From a virus, in IMG/VR virus record IMGVR_UViG_3300032245_000762, positions 4,111 to 68,110 of that record: DNA of 64,000 bases. The stretch is one strand, 5' to 3'. The translations under genes were made by a program, and so were the position numbers. Each line of letters starts with the position of its first letter. The first letter of the stretch is position 1. The notes under the pieces were generated by a model. That model was not told the origin of the DNA, made no database searches, and saw nothing but the letters and a program-made list of their open reading frames with translations. Below, one piece after another: positions 9,759-19,386 of the stretch.

Positions 9759-11630
9759 ATGGCAACAGTAGATAAAAACTTTAGAATTAAACATGGCCTG
9801 GTAGTTGAAGGCACAAGTGGAACAATTAATGGTCAAAATATACTTACAGAAACAGGTGGAGATCAATATATTCTTGACCTCATTGGCGGAGAAACACTTG
9901 TTAAATCCGTATCATCCGATTTTGCAGTAGACGGATCAGGAAATCTTACAATCAATGGTTCTTCAGATCTTGCAAGAACTGGAGATATTACAACTGCAAT
10001 TGATGCACTAACTACTGATGATATTGAAGAAGGCCAACAGCCTGGACGTCTTTATTTTACAGATACAAGAGCACAAGATGCAATTGGAGCAGGAACTGGT
10101 TTAACTAAAGAAGGCCAAGGCACACAACTTGGAATTAATCGCAATACCGTAGATACTTGGTATGACGCAGCAGGTGCTGCAGCGACAGCACAGCAAAATG
10201 CAGAAGACTACGCAGACGGCCTTGCTGTTAACTATGACCCAGCAGGTTCTGCTGCTACAGCGCAGTCAAACGCAGAAGACTACGCAGATGGTCTAGCTTC
10301 AAACTACGATGTAGCAGGCGCAGCAGCGACTGCCCAGTCAAACGCAGAAGACTACGCAGATGGCCTTGCAGCTAACTACGATCCAGCAGGCGCAGCAGCG
10401 ACTGCCCAATCAAACGCAGAAGATTATGCAGATGGACTTGCAGCTAACTACGATCCAGCGGGATCTGCTGCAACAGCACAAAGCAACGCAGAAGATTATG
10501 CAGATGGACTTGCAGCTAACTACGATCCAGCGGGATCTGCTGCAACAGCACAAAGCAACGCAGAAGATTATGCAGATGGCGTTGCTGCTACAGCAGAGTC
10601 AAATGCAAAAGCATATGCTGATGCAATATCACAAGGTCTTGATGTTAAGCAGTCTGTAAAAGCTGCTTCAACTGGAAACGTTGTCCTTGCAAGTTCTGTT
10701 GGTTATACAATTGATGGTGTAGCTTGTGGTGGCGGAAGCCGAGTCTTGCTCAAAAATCAGACAGATGCCAAGGAAAACGGCATTTATGTTGTTGTTCCAG
10801 GACTTCCAGGAGAGTCAGATGACACTTTGGTTCGTGCACAAGATGCCAATACAACAGCAGAACTTAACAAGGGTGCTTTTACTTTTGTTGAATTTGGAAC
10901 ATCTGCTGGTAAAGGCTTTGTTGTAACTACTGCTGGAACATTAGGCACAAATAATATCGTCTGGACTCAGTTCTCTGATACAGGTAATTATATTACCTCT
11001 GTTGGCACAGGACTTAATGTAACGTCTGGACAGTTAACTGTAGTAGCTAATACATTTGATGCATATGGCTCAGCTTCAACCGCAGAGTCAAATGCTAAAT
11101 CTTATGCTGATGGATTGGCCTCAAACTACGATCCAGCAGGATCTGCTTCAACAGCAGAGTCAAATGCTAAGAGTTATGCTGATGGACTAGCATCTAATTA
11201 CGATGCAGCAGGTGCAGCTTCAACAGCAGAGACTAACGCTAATAGCTATACAGATACAACCGTAAGCAACATCCTAGATGGAGATACATCGTTTACAGCA
11301 TTAAATGTAAACAACGTATCTGGAACATATGCAGCAACTTCAACAGTTACAACAGCAGGAACAGCAACAGCCTGGTCATTTGACTCGTCCGTGTTTACCT
11401 CTGCTAAACTTTTAGTTAAGTTTAAAACAGCCACACACACTCAAGTTTCAGAAGTTCTTTTAACTCTTGATGCTTCAGGAAACGTAGCTATTACAGAATT
11501 TGCTGAAGTTGGAACAAATGGTTCACTTGGAACTATTACAGCACTTAATATTGCTGGAACAGTAGCAATTCGTGTAACAACAGCATATAACGCAACAGAT
11601 GTTATGATTTACGCCACAGCATTAATTTAA
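9759..11630 (+). CDS. fibre protein with 24-aa tandem repeats
   Basis: Repeats of AEDYADGLAANYDPAG(A/S)AATAQSN; central GLDVK..IDG..RVLLKNQTD..ENGIYV domain. Confidence 0.72.
   Translation: MATVDKNFRIKHGLVVEGTSGTINGQNILTETGGDQYILDLIGGETLVKSVSSDFAVDGSGNLTINGSSDLARTGDITTAIDALTTDDIEEGQQPGRLYFTDTRAQDAIGAGTGLTKEGQGTQLGINRNTVDTWYDAAGAAATAQQNAEDYADGLAVNYDPAGSAATAQSNAEDYADGLASNYDVAGAAATAQSNAEDYADGLAANYDPAGAAATAQSNAEDYADGLAANYDPAGSAATAQSNAEDYADGLAANYDPAGSAATAQSNAEDYADGVAATAESNAKAYADAISQGLDVKQSVKAASTGNVVLASSVGYTIDGVACGGGSRVLLKNQTDAKENGIYVVVPGLPGESDDTLVRAQDANTTAELNKGAFTFVEFGTSAGKGFVVTTAGTLGTNNIVWTQFSDTGNYITSVGTGLNVTSGQLTVVANTFDAYGSASTAESNAKSYADGLASNYDPAGSASTAESNAKSYADGLASNYDAAGAASTAETNANSYTDTTVSNILDGDTSFTALNVNNVSGTYAATSTVTTAGTATAWSFDSSVFTSAKLLVKFKTATHTQVSEVLLTLDASGNVAITEFAEVGTNGSLGTITALNIAGTVAIRVTTAYNATDVMIYATALI
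10160..10625 (+). repeat. 72-nt coding tandem repeat (~6 copies); a second, diverged block of ~2.5 copies lies at ~11060-11250
   Basis: GCAGAAGA(C/T)TA(C/T)GCAGA recurs at 10200, 10272, 10344 and onward at 72-nt spacing, in frame. Confidence 0.9.
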
Positions 11631-11640
11631 TTTAAAGGTT

Positions 11641-11663
11641 TGGGGGAACCTTAAAATCCCCCA
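11641..11663 (+). terminator. GC-rich hairpin, possible terminator or RNA stabiliser
   Basis: TGGGGGA-ACCTTAAAA-TCCCCCA; no clear U-tract on the + strand. Confidence 0.4.
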
Positions 11664-11694
11664 CAACAAACAATTAGGGGATATGTGAACTTAA

Positions 11695-12051
11695 ATGTCA
11701 ACAAGAGATAAAAACTTTAAAGTTAAAAATGGAATCGATGTCGTAGGAGACGCCACATTTGATTCTAATGTTATATTGGGAACAACCCCCTTAAGATTTG
11801 ATACAGTAACAAATAAGCTACAAATCCAGTTAAATGGAACTTGGAGCCCAATCGCATTTGTATCTGATATTCCAGATCCAGCAACAGAAATAGGATTTAT
11901 GGATATTGGATTGGCTATTGACTATAATGGTCTTCCAATCTATACAGTTCAGGCAAACGGAGTAAATACAACAGCAACTAAATTTGCAGACGGTGGAGAT
12001 CCATCAACTTTATTATATGGATTAACATTTGATTCTGGAGTTATAGTTTAA
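11695..12051 (+). CDS. small structural protein sharing its N-terminus with 9759..11630
   Basis: MSTRDKNFKVKNGIDVVG versus MATVDKNFRIKHGLVVEG. Confidence 0.6.
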   Translation: MSTRDKNFKVKNGIDVVGDATFDSNVILGTTPLRFDTVTNKLQIQLNGTWSPIAFVSDIPDPATEIGFMDIGLAIDYNGLPIYTVQANGVNTTATKFADGGDPSTLLYGLTFDSGVIV

Positions 12052-12062
12052 TAAAAAATAAA

Positions 12063-12071
12063 TGCTATAAT
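12063..12071 (+). promoter_or_regulatory. extended -10 promoter
   Basis: TGCTATAAT; RBS AAGGGG before ATG 12093. Confidence 0.5.
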
Positions 12072-12092
12072 TAGCAAATAAGGGGAAATAAA

Positions 12093-14783
12093 ATGTCAAC
12101 AGTAAGAATTCAAGTAAGACGAGGAACAGCAGCAGAGTGGACCTCAGCAAATCCAGTATTAGCTGCAGGTGAAATGGGTGTTGAAACAGACACTAGAAAA
12201 CTTAAAGTAGGAACTGGAAGCACAGCATGGAATAGCCTTTCATATATTGCATCAGATGCACCAGGAATTTCAGAAATTGCACAAGACGCAATTGATCAAG
12301 CTCTTTCAATGGGTTCAGGTCTTACAAAGTCTTATAATGACAACACAAATACAATTTCTCTTAATATTGATTCAGGTATTGTTGCACTTAGATCTTATGT
12401 AGATGATGCAATAACTGGACTAGGCAATGCAACAGCCGAAGATTATGTATTACTAGCAGATGTCGGAAATGCAGGCGGACCAGCAAAGTTAGATGTTGAT
12501 GGTAACCTATTAGTTCCTAAATCAAGCATTATTTTAGAAGGCGCAACAGCAAATGCTTATGAAACAACCCTAACAGTAGTAGACCCAACAGCAGATCGCA
12601 CAATTACCCTGCCTAACGCTTCAGGAACTGTAGTATTATCAGATGGCAGCGGAAACGTAACAGTATCTGGAAATCTAACTGTAGATGGAACAACAACAAC
12701 TGTTAATTCAACTCAGGTTAATATACAAAATGCTTTTGTATTTGAGGGTTCTACAGCAGATGCCTTTGAGACCACATTAACAACTGTTGAGCCAACAGCA
12801 GATCGTTCAATTTCGTTACCAGATGCTTCTGGAACACTTGCTTTAACTTCAGATATTTCTGAACTTGCACAAGATGCAGTTGCTACTGCAGTTACAGTAG
12901 CAAATGGTCTTACAAAGAATTACGTTGATCCAAATAATACACTTGAGTTAGGAATTGATTATAATACAATTGCAACAACATCTATGGTTGATACAGCTGT
13001 AGGCAATTTAGAGCAATCAATTCAAACACTTTCAGGAGACATTGATGATGCTTTAGATACTAAGGCTCCATTAAATTCCCCAACATTTACTGGAACAGTT
13101 TCTGGTGTTACAGCTCAAATGGTAGGTCTTGGGCATGTAGACAATACATCAGATTTAAATAAACCAGTTTCAACTGCTACACAAACAGCATTAGATCTTA
13201 AAGCTAACCTTGCAGGACCTACATTCACAGGAACCGTTGTTCTTCCAAATACTACATCAATTGGACAAGTTTCTGATACAGAAATTGGTTATGTTAATGG
13301 AGTTACATCTGCAATTCAAACACAGATTGATTCAAAACTTTCTTCAGCAGATGCAGCCACAACTTATCAGCCAATTGTTTCTGGAGTTTCAGCTACTGAA
13401 ATTGGATATCTAGATGGAGTTACTGCAGCAATTCAGGGACAGCTTAATGATAAGGCTCCAATTGCTAGCCCAACATTTACAGGCACAGTAAGTGGAATTA
13501 CAAAATCTATGGTTGGACTATCAAATGCTGATAATACTTCAGATGCAAATAAGCCAATATCAACAGCAACACAAAATGCTTTAGATTTAAAACAAGATAA
13601 AATTTCTGGAGTTTCTGATACCGAAATAGGGTATCTTGATGGAGTAACAAGCGCTATTCAAACACAAATTAATGCTAAAGCTCCTTCTGCTTCACCAACA
13701 TTTACAGGAACAGCAACTCTTCCTTCAGATACATCAATTGGATCAGTTTCTTCTACTGAAATTGGATACATTGACGGTGTAACTTCAGCAATTCAGACAC
13801 AATTAAACAGCAAAGTAAATCTTTCTGGTGGAACAATGACAGGGGCACTTACACTTTCAGGTGCACCAACATCTGATCTTCATGCAGCAACAAAACAATA
13901 CGTTGATGGAATTGCAGCAGGAATCAATTTTCATGCTCCAGTAGTTGCAGCAACTGCAGGAAATTTAGCAGGAACTTACAATAATGGAACAGATGGATAT
14001 CTTGCAACATTAACCAAAGCATCAAATGGTTCAATTGGAACTATAGATGGCGCAACAGTTGCCGTAGGAAATAGAATTCTTCTTCGTGCACAAACAGATG
14101 CTAAGCAAAACGGTATTTATGTAATTACAGCATTGGGAGATGGATCAAATCCTTGGGTAATAACTCGTGCTGCAGATACCGATAATAATCCAGCAGGAGA
14201 ACTTGCAAATGGAGATTTCTGTTTTGTAACCTCTGGTTCAACAAATGGTTCAAAGGGATTCCTTGTTAGCACAACAGGAACAATTACAATCGGAACAACA
14301 GAAATTAATTATGCACAGTTTAATGCTTCAGAAGCAATTGTTGCTGGAACTAATATTAATAAAAATGGTGCAACAATATCAGTTGTAGATGCGCCAACAT
14401 TTTCTGGAGCAGTAACAGCTTCTTCTGGTGTAGTATTCTCAGATGGAACACAGACAAAAGAAGGCGTTCCTTCAAGAACTCCAATTATTAAAAAAACAGA
14501 ATCTTATACACTTTCTGATTTAGGAGAAAGAGATGATTTAATTGAAATTAATTCATCTTCAGCAACAACTCTTACAATTCCAGCAGATTCTACATTAAAC
14601 TTCCCAATAGGAACATCTATGGATATTTTACAAACATCTACTGGTCAAATAACAATTGCAGGAGCAAATGGAGTAACAGTAAACGCAACACCAGGATTAA
14701 ACCTAAGAACACAATGGTCATCAGCAACACTATTCAAGAGAGCCGCAAACACATGGGTAGTTTACGGTGATCTAACAGCTTAA
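12093..14783 (+). CDS. long fibre protein with Mtd-N/hyaluronidase-N-like start, internal repeats and a conserved C-terminal cap domain
   Basis: RIQVRRGTAAEWTSANPVLAAGEMGVETDT; repeated KAP..SPTFTGT and TEIGYLDGVTSAIQTQ; C-terminal FPIG..DILQT..GVTVN.TPGL.LRTQWSS.TL.KR.ANTWV..GDL. Confidence 0.78.
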   Translation: MSTVRIQVRRGTAAEWTSANPVLAAGEMGVETDTRKLKVGTGSTAWNSLSYIASDAPGISEIAQDAIDQALSMGSGLTKSYNDNTNTISLNIDSGIVALRSYVDDAITGLGNATAEDYVLLADVGNAGGPAKLDVDGNLLVPKSSIILEGATANAYETTLTVVDPTADRTITLPNASGTVVLSDGSGNVTVSGNLTVDGTTTTVNSTQVNIQNAFVFEGSTADAFETTLTTVEPTADRSISLPDASGTLALTSDISELAQDAVATAVTVANGLTKNYVDPNNTLELGIDYNTIATTSMVDTAVGNLEQSIQTLSGDIDDALDTKAPLNSPTFTGTVSGVTAQMVGLGHVDNTSDLNKPVSTATQTALDLKANLAGPTFTGTVVLPNTTSIGQVSDTEIGYVNGVTSAIQTQIDSKLSSADAATTYQPIVSGVSATEIGYLDGVTAAIQGQLNDKAPIASPTFTGTVSGITKSMVGLSNADNTSDANKPISTATQNALDLKQDKISGVSDTEIGYLDGVTSAIQTQINAKAPSASPTFTGTATLPSDTSIGSVSSTEIGYIDGVTSAIQTQLNSKVNLSGGTMTGALTLSGAPTSDLHAATKQYVDGIAAGINFHAPVVAATAGNLAGTYNNGTDGYLATLTKASNGSIGTIDGATVAVGNRILLRAQTDAKQNGIYVITALGDGSNPWVITRAADTDNNPAGELANGDFCFVTSGSTNGSKGFLVSTTGTITIGTTEINYAQFNASEAIVAGTNINKNGATISVVDAPTFSGAVTASSGVVFSDGTQTKEGVPSRTPIIKKTESYTLSDLGERDDLIEINSSSATTLTIPADSTLNFPIGTSMDILQTSTGQITIAGANGVTVNATPGLNLRTQWSSATLFKRAANTWVVYGDLTA

Positions 14784-14803
14784 TATAATTAGGAGATAAA
14801 AAA

Positions 14804-15694
14804 ATGGCAGCAGGTAAAAAATCAGGTAGAAAGTCTCAGGCATCAAACGACTTTTTAGAGCCACAAGCAGTTACTGACCTAACAGGCACAGATGTTGGAG
14901 CATCACGTCCGTATTTATTAACAGCAAATACTACCTCTGAAGCATCTGCAGCAGGAACTGGTGGAGCAGTAGACTTAGCTTGGACTTTACCAGCAAATTC
15001 TCCAGCAGCAACATCTTATACAATTACAACAACTCCTTCAACATATACAGAAATAACAGGAAATGCAAATACAACATATAGATTTCAAGGATTAGCATCA
15101 GGAGTAAGTTACACATTTACAGTAGTAGGAACGAATGCAGCAGGATCTTCAATTGCAACAACTTCATTTTCTGTTACATCAACAACAGTTCCTCAAGCCC
15201 CACAATCTGTATCTGCAACAGCAGGAGTAGACGCAGATACCCTTGCTTGGAGTGCAGGAGCAACTGGTGGTAAAGCTATTTCAAGTTATTCTTGGACATC
15301 TTCAGATGGTAAATCAGCAACTGAAATATCTTCATCCCCAACTAACGTTAGCCAAGAAGCTAATACGACTCAAAACTATACTATTTATGCTTTAAATGAC
15401 AATGGAACATCTTTAGGGTCTACAACTGAAGACGCAACAACTCTTCCACCGTCATTCTTTTCCCCACCATACTTCCCACCGTTCTTCCCACCGTTTTTCC
15501 CACCTTACTTCCCACCATTTTTCCCACCTTACTTTCCACCTTATTTCCCACCGTTCTTCCCACCTTATTTCCCACCGTTCTTCCCACCGTTCTTCCCACC
15601 TTATTTTCCACCGTTCTTCCCACCGTTCTTCCCACCGTTCTTCCCACCGTTCTTCCCACCACGGTTCTTTTCCCCACCATTCTTTACTAGATAG
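14804..15694 (+). CDS. FN3-domain protein with a C-terminal (PPFF/PPYF)n tail
   Basis: FN3 hallmarks (LAWTLP..ATSYTI; [21 protein letters not shown]; second domain LAWSAG..YTIYALN), then 16 perfect PP[FY]F units and the terminus FFTR. Confidence 0.85.
   Translation: MAAGKKSGRKSQASNDFLEPQAVTDLTGTDVGASRPYLLTANTTSEASAAGTGGAVDLAWTLPANSPAATSYTITTTPSTYTEITGNANTTYRFQGLASGVSYTFTVVGTNAAGSSIATTSFSVTSTTVPQAPQSVSATAGVDADTLAWSAGATGGKAISSYSWTSSDGKSATEISSSPTNVSQEANTTQNYTIYALNDNGTSLGSTTEDATTLPPSFFSPPYFPPFFPPFFPPYFPPFFPPYFPPYFPPFFPPYFPPFFPPFFPPYFPPFFPPFFPPFFPPFFPPRFFSPPFFTR
15446..15685 (+). repeat. 12-nt coding minisatellite CCACC(G/T/A)T(T/A)(C/T)TT(C/T), encoding PP[FY]F
   Basis: 16 consecutive units at 15464-15655 plus degenerate flanking units. 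Confidence 0.95.
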
Positions 15695-15704
15695 CATTAA
15701 AATG

Positions 15705-15727
15705 AGTGGGGGCAAATAGCCCCCACT
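15705..15727 (+). terminator. hairpin (probable terminator) closing the fibre transcript
   Basis: AGTGGGGGC-AAATA-GCCCCCACT; U-tract is weak. Confidence 0.55.
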
Positions 15728-15728
15728 A

Positions 15729-15758
15729 TTGACAATCATTTATTAAAAATGATAGAAT
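15729..15758 (+). promoter_or_regulatory. promoter of the oxygenase cluster (leaderless)
   Basis: TTGACA-N18-TAGAAT with TGn; ATG lies 6 nt after the -10 box and there is no SD. Confidence 0.7.
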
Positions 15759-15764
15759 AACTAT

Positions 15765-16436
15765 ATGAATATAAATACAAAAAACTTTCAATATTCTTCA
15801 AAAGAAGAATTATTTCCAGGCGTCTGGGTTTATAGAGATGTAATAAAACCAGAGTTTGATATTGTTAATAGACTTGAAAACACTATTAAAGAAAGTAATG
15901 GATTATATAATTGGGAAGAAGCAACTGTAGGTTATAAAGAAAAAATGCCTTCCTATCGTGACTGCGTAGATTTTAAAATTAATAAATTTGAAGCTCCAGA
16001 ACAAGATCAGTATATGCAAGAATTTCAATCTATCTGGCAAGATGTTTATGACGCTCAAAAAGTAGCACTTGATGATTATTGTAAAATGTATACTATCGAA
16101 ATGAAATACTGGGAAGCCATGAATTTTATTAGATATGGCGAAGGTCAACATTTTCAAGAGCATGCAGATCACGGATGGTCTTATGTTGCCACAGTATCAA
16201 TGGTCGCTTATATAAATGATAATTATGAAGAAGGCGGATTAAATTTTGGAAAACTAAAACTAGATATAAAGCCAAAAGCAGGTGATCTTTATGTATTCCC
16301 ATCCACATTCTTGTTTTCTCATAGAGCAATGCCAGTTAAATCTGGAGTAAAGTATTCCATTGTAACTATGACAGATTATAACGATAAAGCGCACACACAA
16401 GCTTATAATAAGGCTACATACGAATCTAGGTCATAA
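15765..16436 (+). CDS. 2OG-Fe(II) oxygenase, prolyl 4-hydroxylase-like #1
   Basis: EHAD...YINDNYEEGGLNF...KPKAG..FPS..SHRAMPVKSGVKY: HxD...H triad plus basic 2OG ligand. Confidence 0.88.
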   Translation: MNINTKNFQYSSKEELFPGVWVYRDVIKPEFDIVNRLENTIKESNGLYNWEEATVGYKEKMPSYRDCVDFKINKFEAPEQDQYMQEFQSIWQDVYDAQKVALDDYCKMYTIEMKYWEAMNFIRYGEGQHFQEHADHGWSYVATVSMVAYINDNYEEGGLNFGKLKLDIKPKAGDLYVFPSTFLFSHRAMPVKSGVKYSIVTMTDYNDKAHTQAYNKATYESRS

Positions 16437-17156
16437 TTGTTTACTGTTGATGCTTATAAAATTAGGCCAGATGCAGCAAATATAATACCATTGTCTATTA
16501 AAAGAGAATGGATGGATGCAACTGTTGACTCTCATGCTTATAAATGTTTTCCAGTAAGTTTAACCAATGGTCTTGGCTGGGGGCTATCATTTCCAGAAGA
16601 TATTACTTTTATATGGGATGGGATTTCGGATACAACTCCAGATCATGTTAAAATTTTACAGGGCGAAAAATATGTTTATGCAGAAAGAGCAAATGCAACA
16701 ATAAGTTTTAATACTGGATTGTTATTTAAAACAAAAGAAAATGTTAGCCTATTGCAAATGCCTGTCCCTAATTTTTTTAGAGATGGAGTTCAACCATTTA
16801 CAACAATTATTAGCACATCATTTTTTAAAGGCGAACTGCCTTGCGCTTGGCGAATTACAAGGCCAAATGTAGAAATAACAATTAAAGCAAATACACCTAT
16901 TATTTCAATTATTCCTATATCATTAACCGATTTACAAAATTCAGAAATGCACATAAAAAAAGCTCAAGAGCTAGGTCCTAATTTTTTTAAAGATGGACCA
17001 GAATATTCTGAAGCAGTATCTGAAATAAATAAAAGTGGCAAATGGTCTAATTTCTATAGAGATGCAGTAAATCACTTAGGTAAATCAGTTGGGTCTCATG
17101 AAGTAAAAGCTTTAAGATTTAAAATAGTAGATGGGCCACAAGCCTGTGGCGAATAA
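16437..17156 (+). CDS. DUF6065-like protein
   Basis: REWMDAT..HAYKCFPVSLTNGLGW motif recalled for DUF6065; TTG start abuts the upstream stop. Confidence 0.65.
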   Translation: MFTVDAYKIRPDAANIIPLSIKREWMDATVDSHAYKCFPVSLTNGLGWGLSFPEDITFIWDGISDTTPDHVKILQGEKYVYAERANATISFNTGLLFKTKENVSLLQMPVPNFFRDGVQPFTTIISTSFFKGELPCAWRITRPNVEITIKANTPIISIIPISLTDLQNSEMHIKKAQELGPNFFKDGPEYSEAVSEINKSGKWSNFYRDAVNHLGKSVGSHEVKALRFKIVDGPQACGE

Positions 17157-17871
17157 AATTATTTTTCATTCTAATAAAAGTTATAATAAAATAGATGATG
17201 AATTTTCTCCAGCACCTGCTGCAAAAGTAGTTCCAAAATGGTATATGGATGCAGATCTTTACGCTAAAGACCCAAGAAATGGAAAATTTATTCCAAATTA
17301 TGACGGAGGAAAACTTCCAACATTTAGAGCGTGTCCAGCAATTTTAGATATGTTTACTACAGGATATATTTTACAAACCCCTTGCGATTTAGAATTTTAT
17401 AAAGAAGGAAATACTCCAAAGGTAAAAGTTCCTAAAACACATAGAGATTTTTGTGATTCTCGTCCCCCAATGCCACAATTTGTTTATCCTTCAGGATATG
17501 AAAAACATCATTTTCACTGGTGGCCTAACTGGGCTCCGTCTTTGCCAGAAGGTTATAGCGCATTATATGTAAACCCATTAAATAGCTTTGACTTACCATT
17601 TTTGACCGTAGCTGGTATAATAGATAACGATAAGTTTAATACTCCAGGTCTAATGCCATTTTTTATTAGAGAAGGATTTGAAGGTGTAGTTAAAGCTGGC
17701 ACACCATTTGTTCAAATTATTCCTTTTAAAAGAGAAGATTGGGAAATGGAATTAAAATTTCATACTCAAGAAGAATTATTAGAAAGACATAAGCAAAGTG
17801 CTGATACTTTTAGAAAGCCAGATGGCGGAGTATATAAAAAAAGTTTTTGGACTCGCAGAAAGTATAAATAG
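17131..17871 (+). CDS. DUF6065-related protein (paralogue of the preceding gene)
   Basis: PKWY...TFRACPAILD..TTGYIL.TPCD...GIID.D...KAGTPFVQIIPFKRE; true start may be GTG 17146. Confidence 0.6.
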   Translation: MGHKPVANKIIFHSNKSYNKIDDEFSPAPAAKVVPKWYMDADLYAKDPRNGKFIPNYDGGKLPTFRACPAILDMFTTGYILQTPCDLEFYKEGNTPKVKVPKTHRDFCDSRPPMPQFVYPSGYEKHHFHWWPNWAPSLPEGYSALYVNPLNSFDLPFLTVAGIIDNDKFNTPGLMPFFIREGFEGVVKAGTPFVQIIPFKREDWEMELKFHTQEELLERHKQSADTFRKPDGGVYKKSFWTRRKYK

Positions 17872-17879
17872 GAGATAAA

Positions 17880-18563
17880 ATGCAAAGAGTAGCAGTTAAT
17901 CAAGAAGATCCATCTAAAGGGCCACAATCAATAATTCCTTCTGGGTATTTTGGTAATTCACCAGACAATATTGTAGAACTTAAAAACTTTTTAACACCAG
18001 AAGAGCAAAAAACTCTTTCAGATTTTGCATTAAATAATACAATTTGGGATCACACAGAAGGCAAAAAAAATGAAAATGGAACTGTTATTTATGATGCAGA
18101 TGTTTGGGCAGATAGAGTTGCAACTAGAAATTCTTTAATGCTTTCTGATCCAACAATTCTTCCACTAATTGAATCTATGCAATCTAGACTAAAAGTAGAA
18201 GTAGATAAATTTTTTAATGTAGATGTTCAGGCAACAGGACCAGCAATAGTAAGATGGCCAATAGGCACAAGACAAGAACCACATGCTGATAAAGAATTAC
18301 ACGAAGGTCCAGATGCAGGCCTGCCCAACGCATTCCCTTGGTATGATATTGCATCAATATTTTATTTTAATGACAATTATGAAGGTGGAGAAATTTATTT
18401 TCCAATTCAAGGATTAGAATATAAACCAAAAGCTGGATCTGCATATTTTTTCCCAGGAGACATGAATTATGTTCATGGAGTTAGACCAATTATTTCTGGA
18501 AGCAGATTTACCTCCCCATTTTTTTGGACAGTAAAACAAACATTTAGGGATCAAAATGGATAA
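17880..18563 (+). CDS. 2OG-Fe(II) oxygenase, prolyl 4-hydroxylase-like #2
   Basis: PHADKE...YFNDNYEGGEIYF...KPKAG..FPG..VHGVRPIISGSRF. Confidence 0.88.
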   Translation: MQRVAVNQEDPSKGPQSIIPSGYFGNSPDNIVELKNFLTPEEQKTLSDFALNNTIWDHTEGKKNENGTVIYDADVWADRVATRNSLMLSDPTILPLIESMQSRLKVEVDKFFNVDVQATGPAIVRWPIGTRQEPHADKELHEGPDAGLPNAFPWYDIASIFYFNDNYEGGEIYFPIQGLEYKPKAGSAYFFPGDMNYVHGVRPIISGSRFTSPFFWTVKQTFRDQNG

Positions 18564-19386
18564 CATTATAGAAGAAGAGTTTTACCCTAAAATTATAGTA
18601 TATAAAAATTTACTTACAGATCCTAAAAAAGCCGTAGATATATTAAAACGTGCTGAAGAAGATCCATCTAAAAGCTTATTTATTGGATGGTCTGACTGGT
18701 ATACGTTTGGCACAAATTGCGATTTGTTTGAAATATCATATGAAAGAGATGGAGAATTTAAAGTCATTTCAAATAAAATTGAAACAGAACAGCATCAAGA
18801 AGAATATGATTTTTTCAAAGAAGTTATATCAGCATTTTTTAAATCAACAGAAACTTACATGAAAAAGTATAGTTTAAAAAAACCAGCAGATTGGTTTTAT
18901 ATGGGACCCTCATTTTGTAAATATAATGCAGATGCAGGAATTACAGAAGATTTAGCTATGCATTATCATAGCGACTTTCAATTAGAACATATTGAAAAGC
19001 CAGGTCATAAATTTGCAATTACATGCACAATGTATTTTAATGATGACTACGAAGATGGCGGAGTAGATTTTTTAGTAAATAATAAATTAATATATTATAA
19101 ACCAACAGCTGGAGACGTTATGGTATTTCCAGCAGGAAATCCAGATATTTTAACCGAAAATGGAGAAAGATATTATCATGGAGTAAAAAAATGTAAAAAT
19201 AATCCAAAATATTTTGTTAGAATGAACTGGGTTTATCATTACTATGGATCAGAAAAATGGCATGAGGGCATAGAAAAATATGGTGAGCAGTTATGGCTAG
19301 AAATGGATGAAGAACGTAGAAACACTGAAAGAAAAACAGGAATGTATCATGTAGAGCCAAATTCAGAAACGGTTAGGATAAAATGA
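18556..19386 (+). CDS. 2OG-Fe(II) oxygenase, prolyl 4-hydroxylase-like #3
   Basis: YHSD...YFNDDYEDGGVDF...KPTAG..FPA..YHGVKKCKNNPKY. Confidence 0.85.
   Translation: MDNIIEEEFYPKIIVYKNLLTDPKKAVDILKRAEEDPSKSLFIGWSDWYTFGTNCDLFEISYERDGEFKVISNKIETEQHQEEYDFFKEVISAFFKSTETYMKKYSLKKPADWFYMGPSFCKYNADAGITEDLAMHYHSDFQLEHIEKPGHKFAITCTMYFNDDYEDGGVDFLVNNKLIYYKPTAGDVMVFPAGNPDILTENGERYYHGVKKCKNNPKYFVRMNWVYHYYGSEKWHEGIEKYGEQLWLEMDEERRNTERKTGMYHVEPNSETVRIK

Noticed and set aside
10160-10625. Possible CRISPR array (regular ~72-nt period)
   Set aside because: Whole units repeat with synonymous variation, there are no unique spacers, the repeat is in frame in a CDS and no cas genes are present.
15420-15739. Minus-strand ORFs with WEER/VGRT repeats (also 23741..24043 and the off-frame 23744..24094)
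   Set aside because: They are shadows of the 12-nt PP[FY]F repeat, which lacks stops in other frames. The plus-frame reading is fused to recognisable FN3/PASTA domains in the operon direction.
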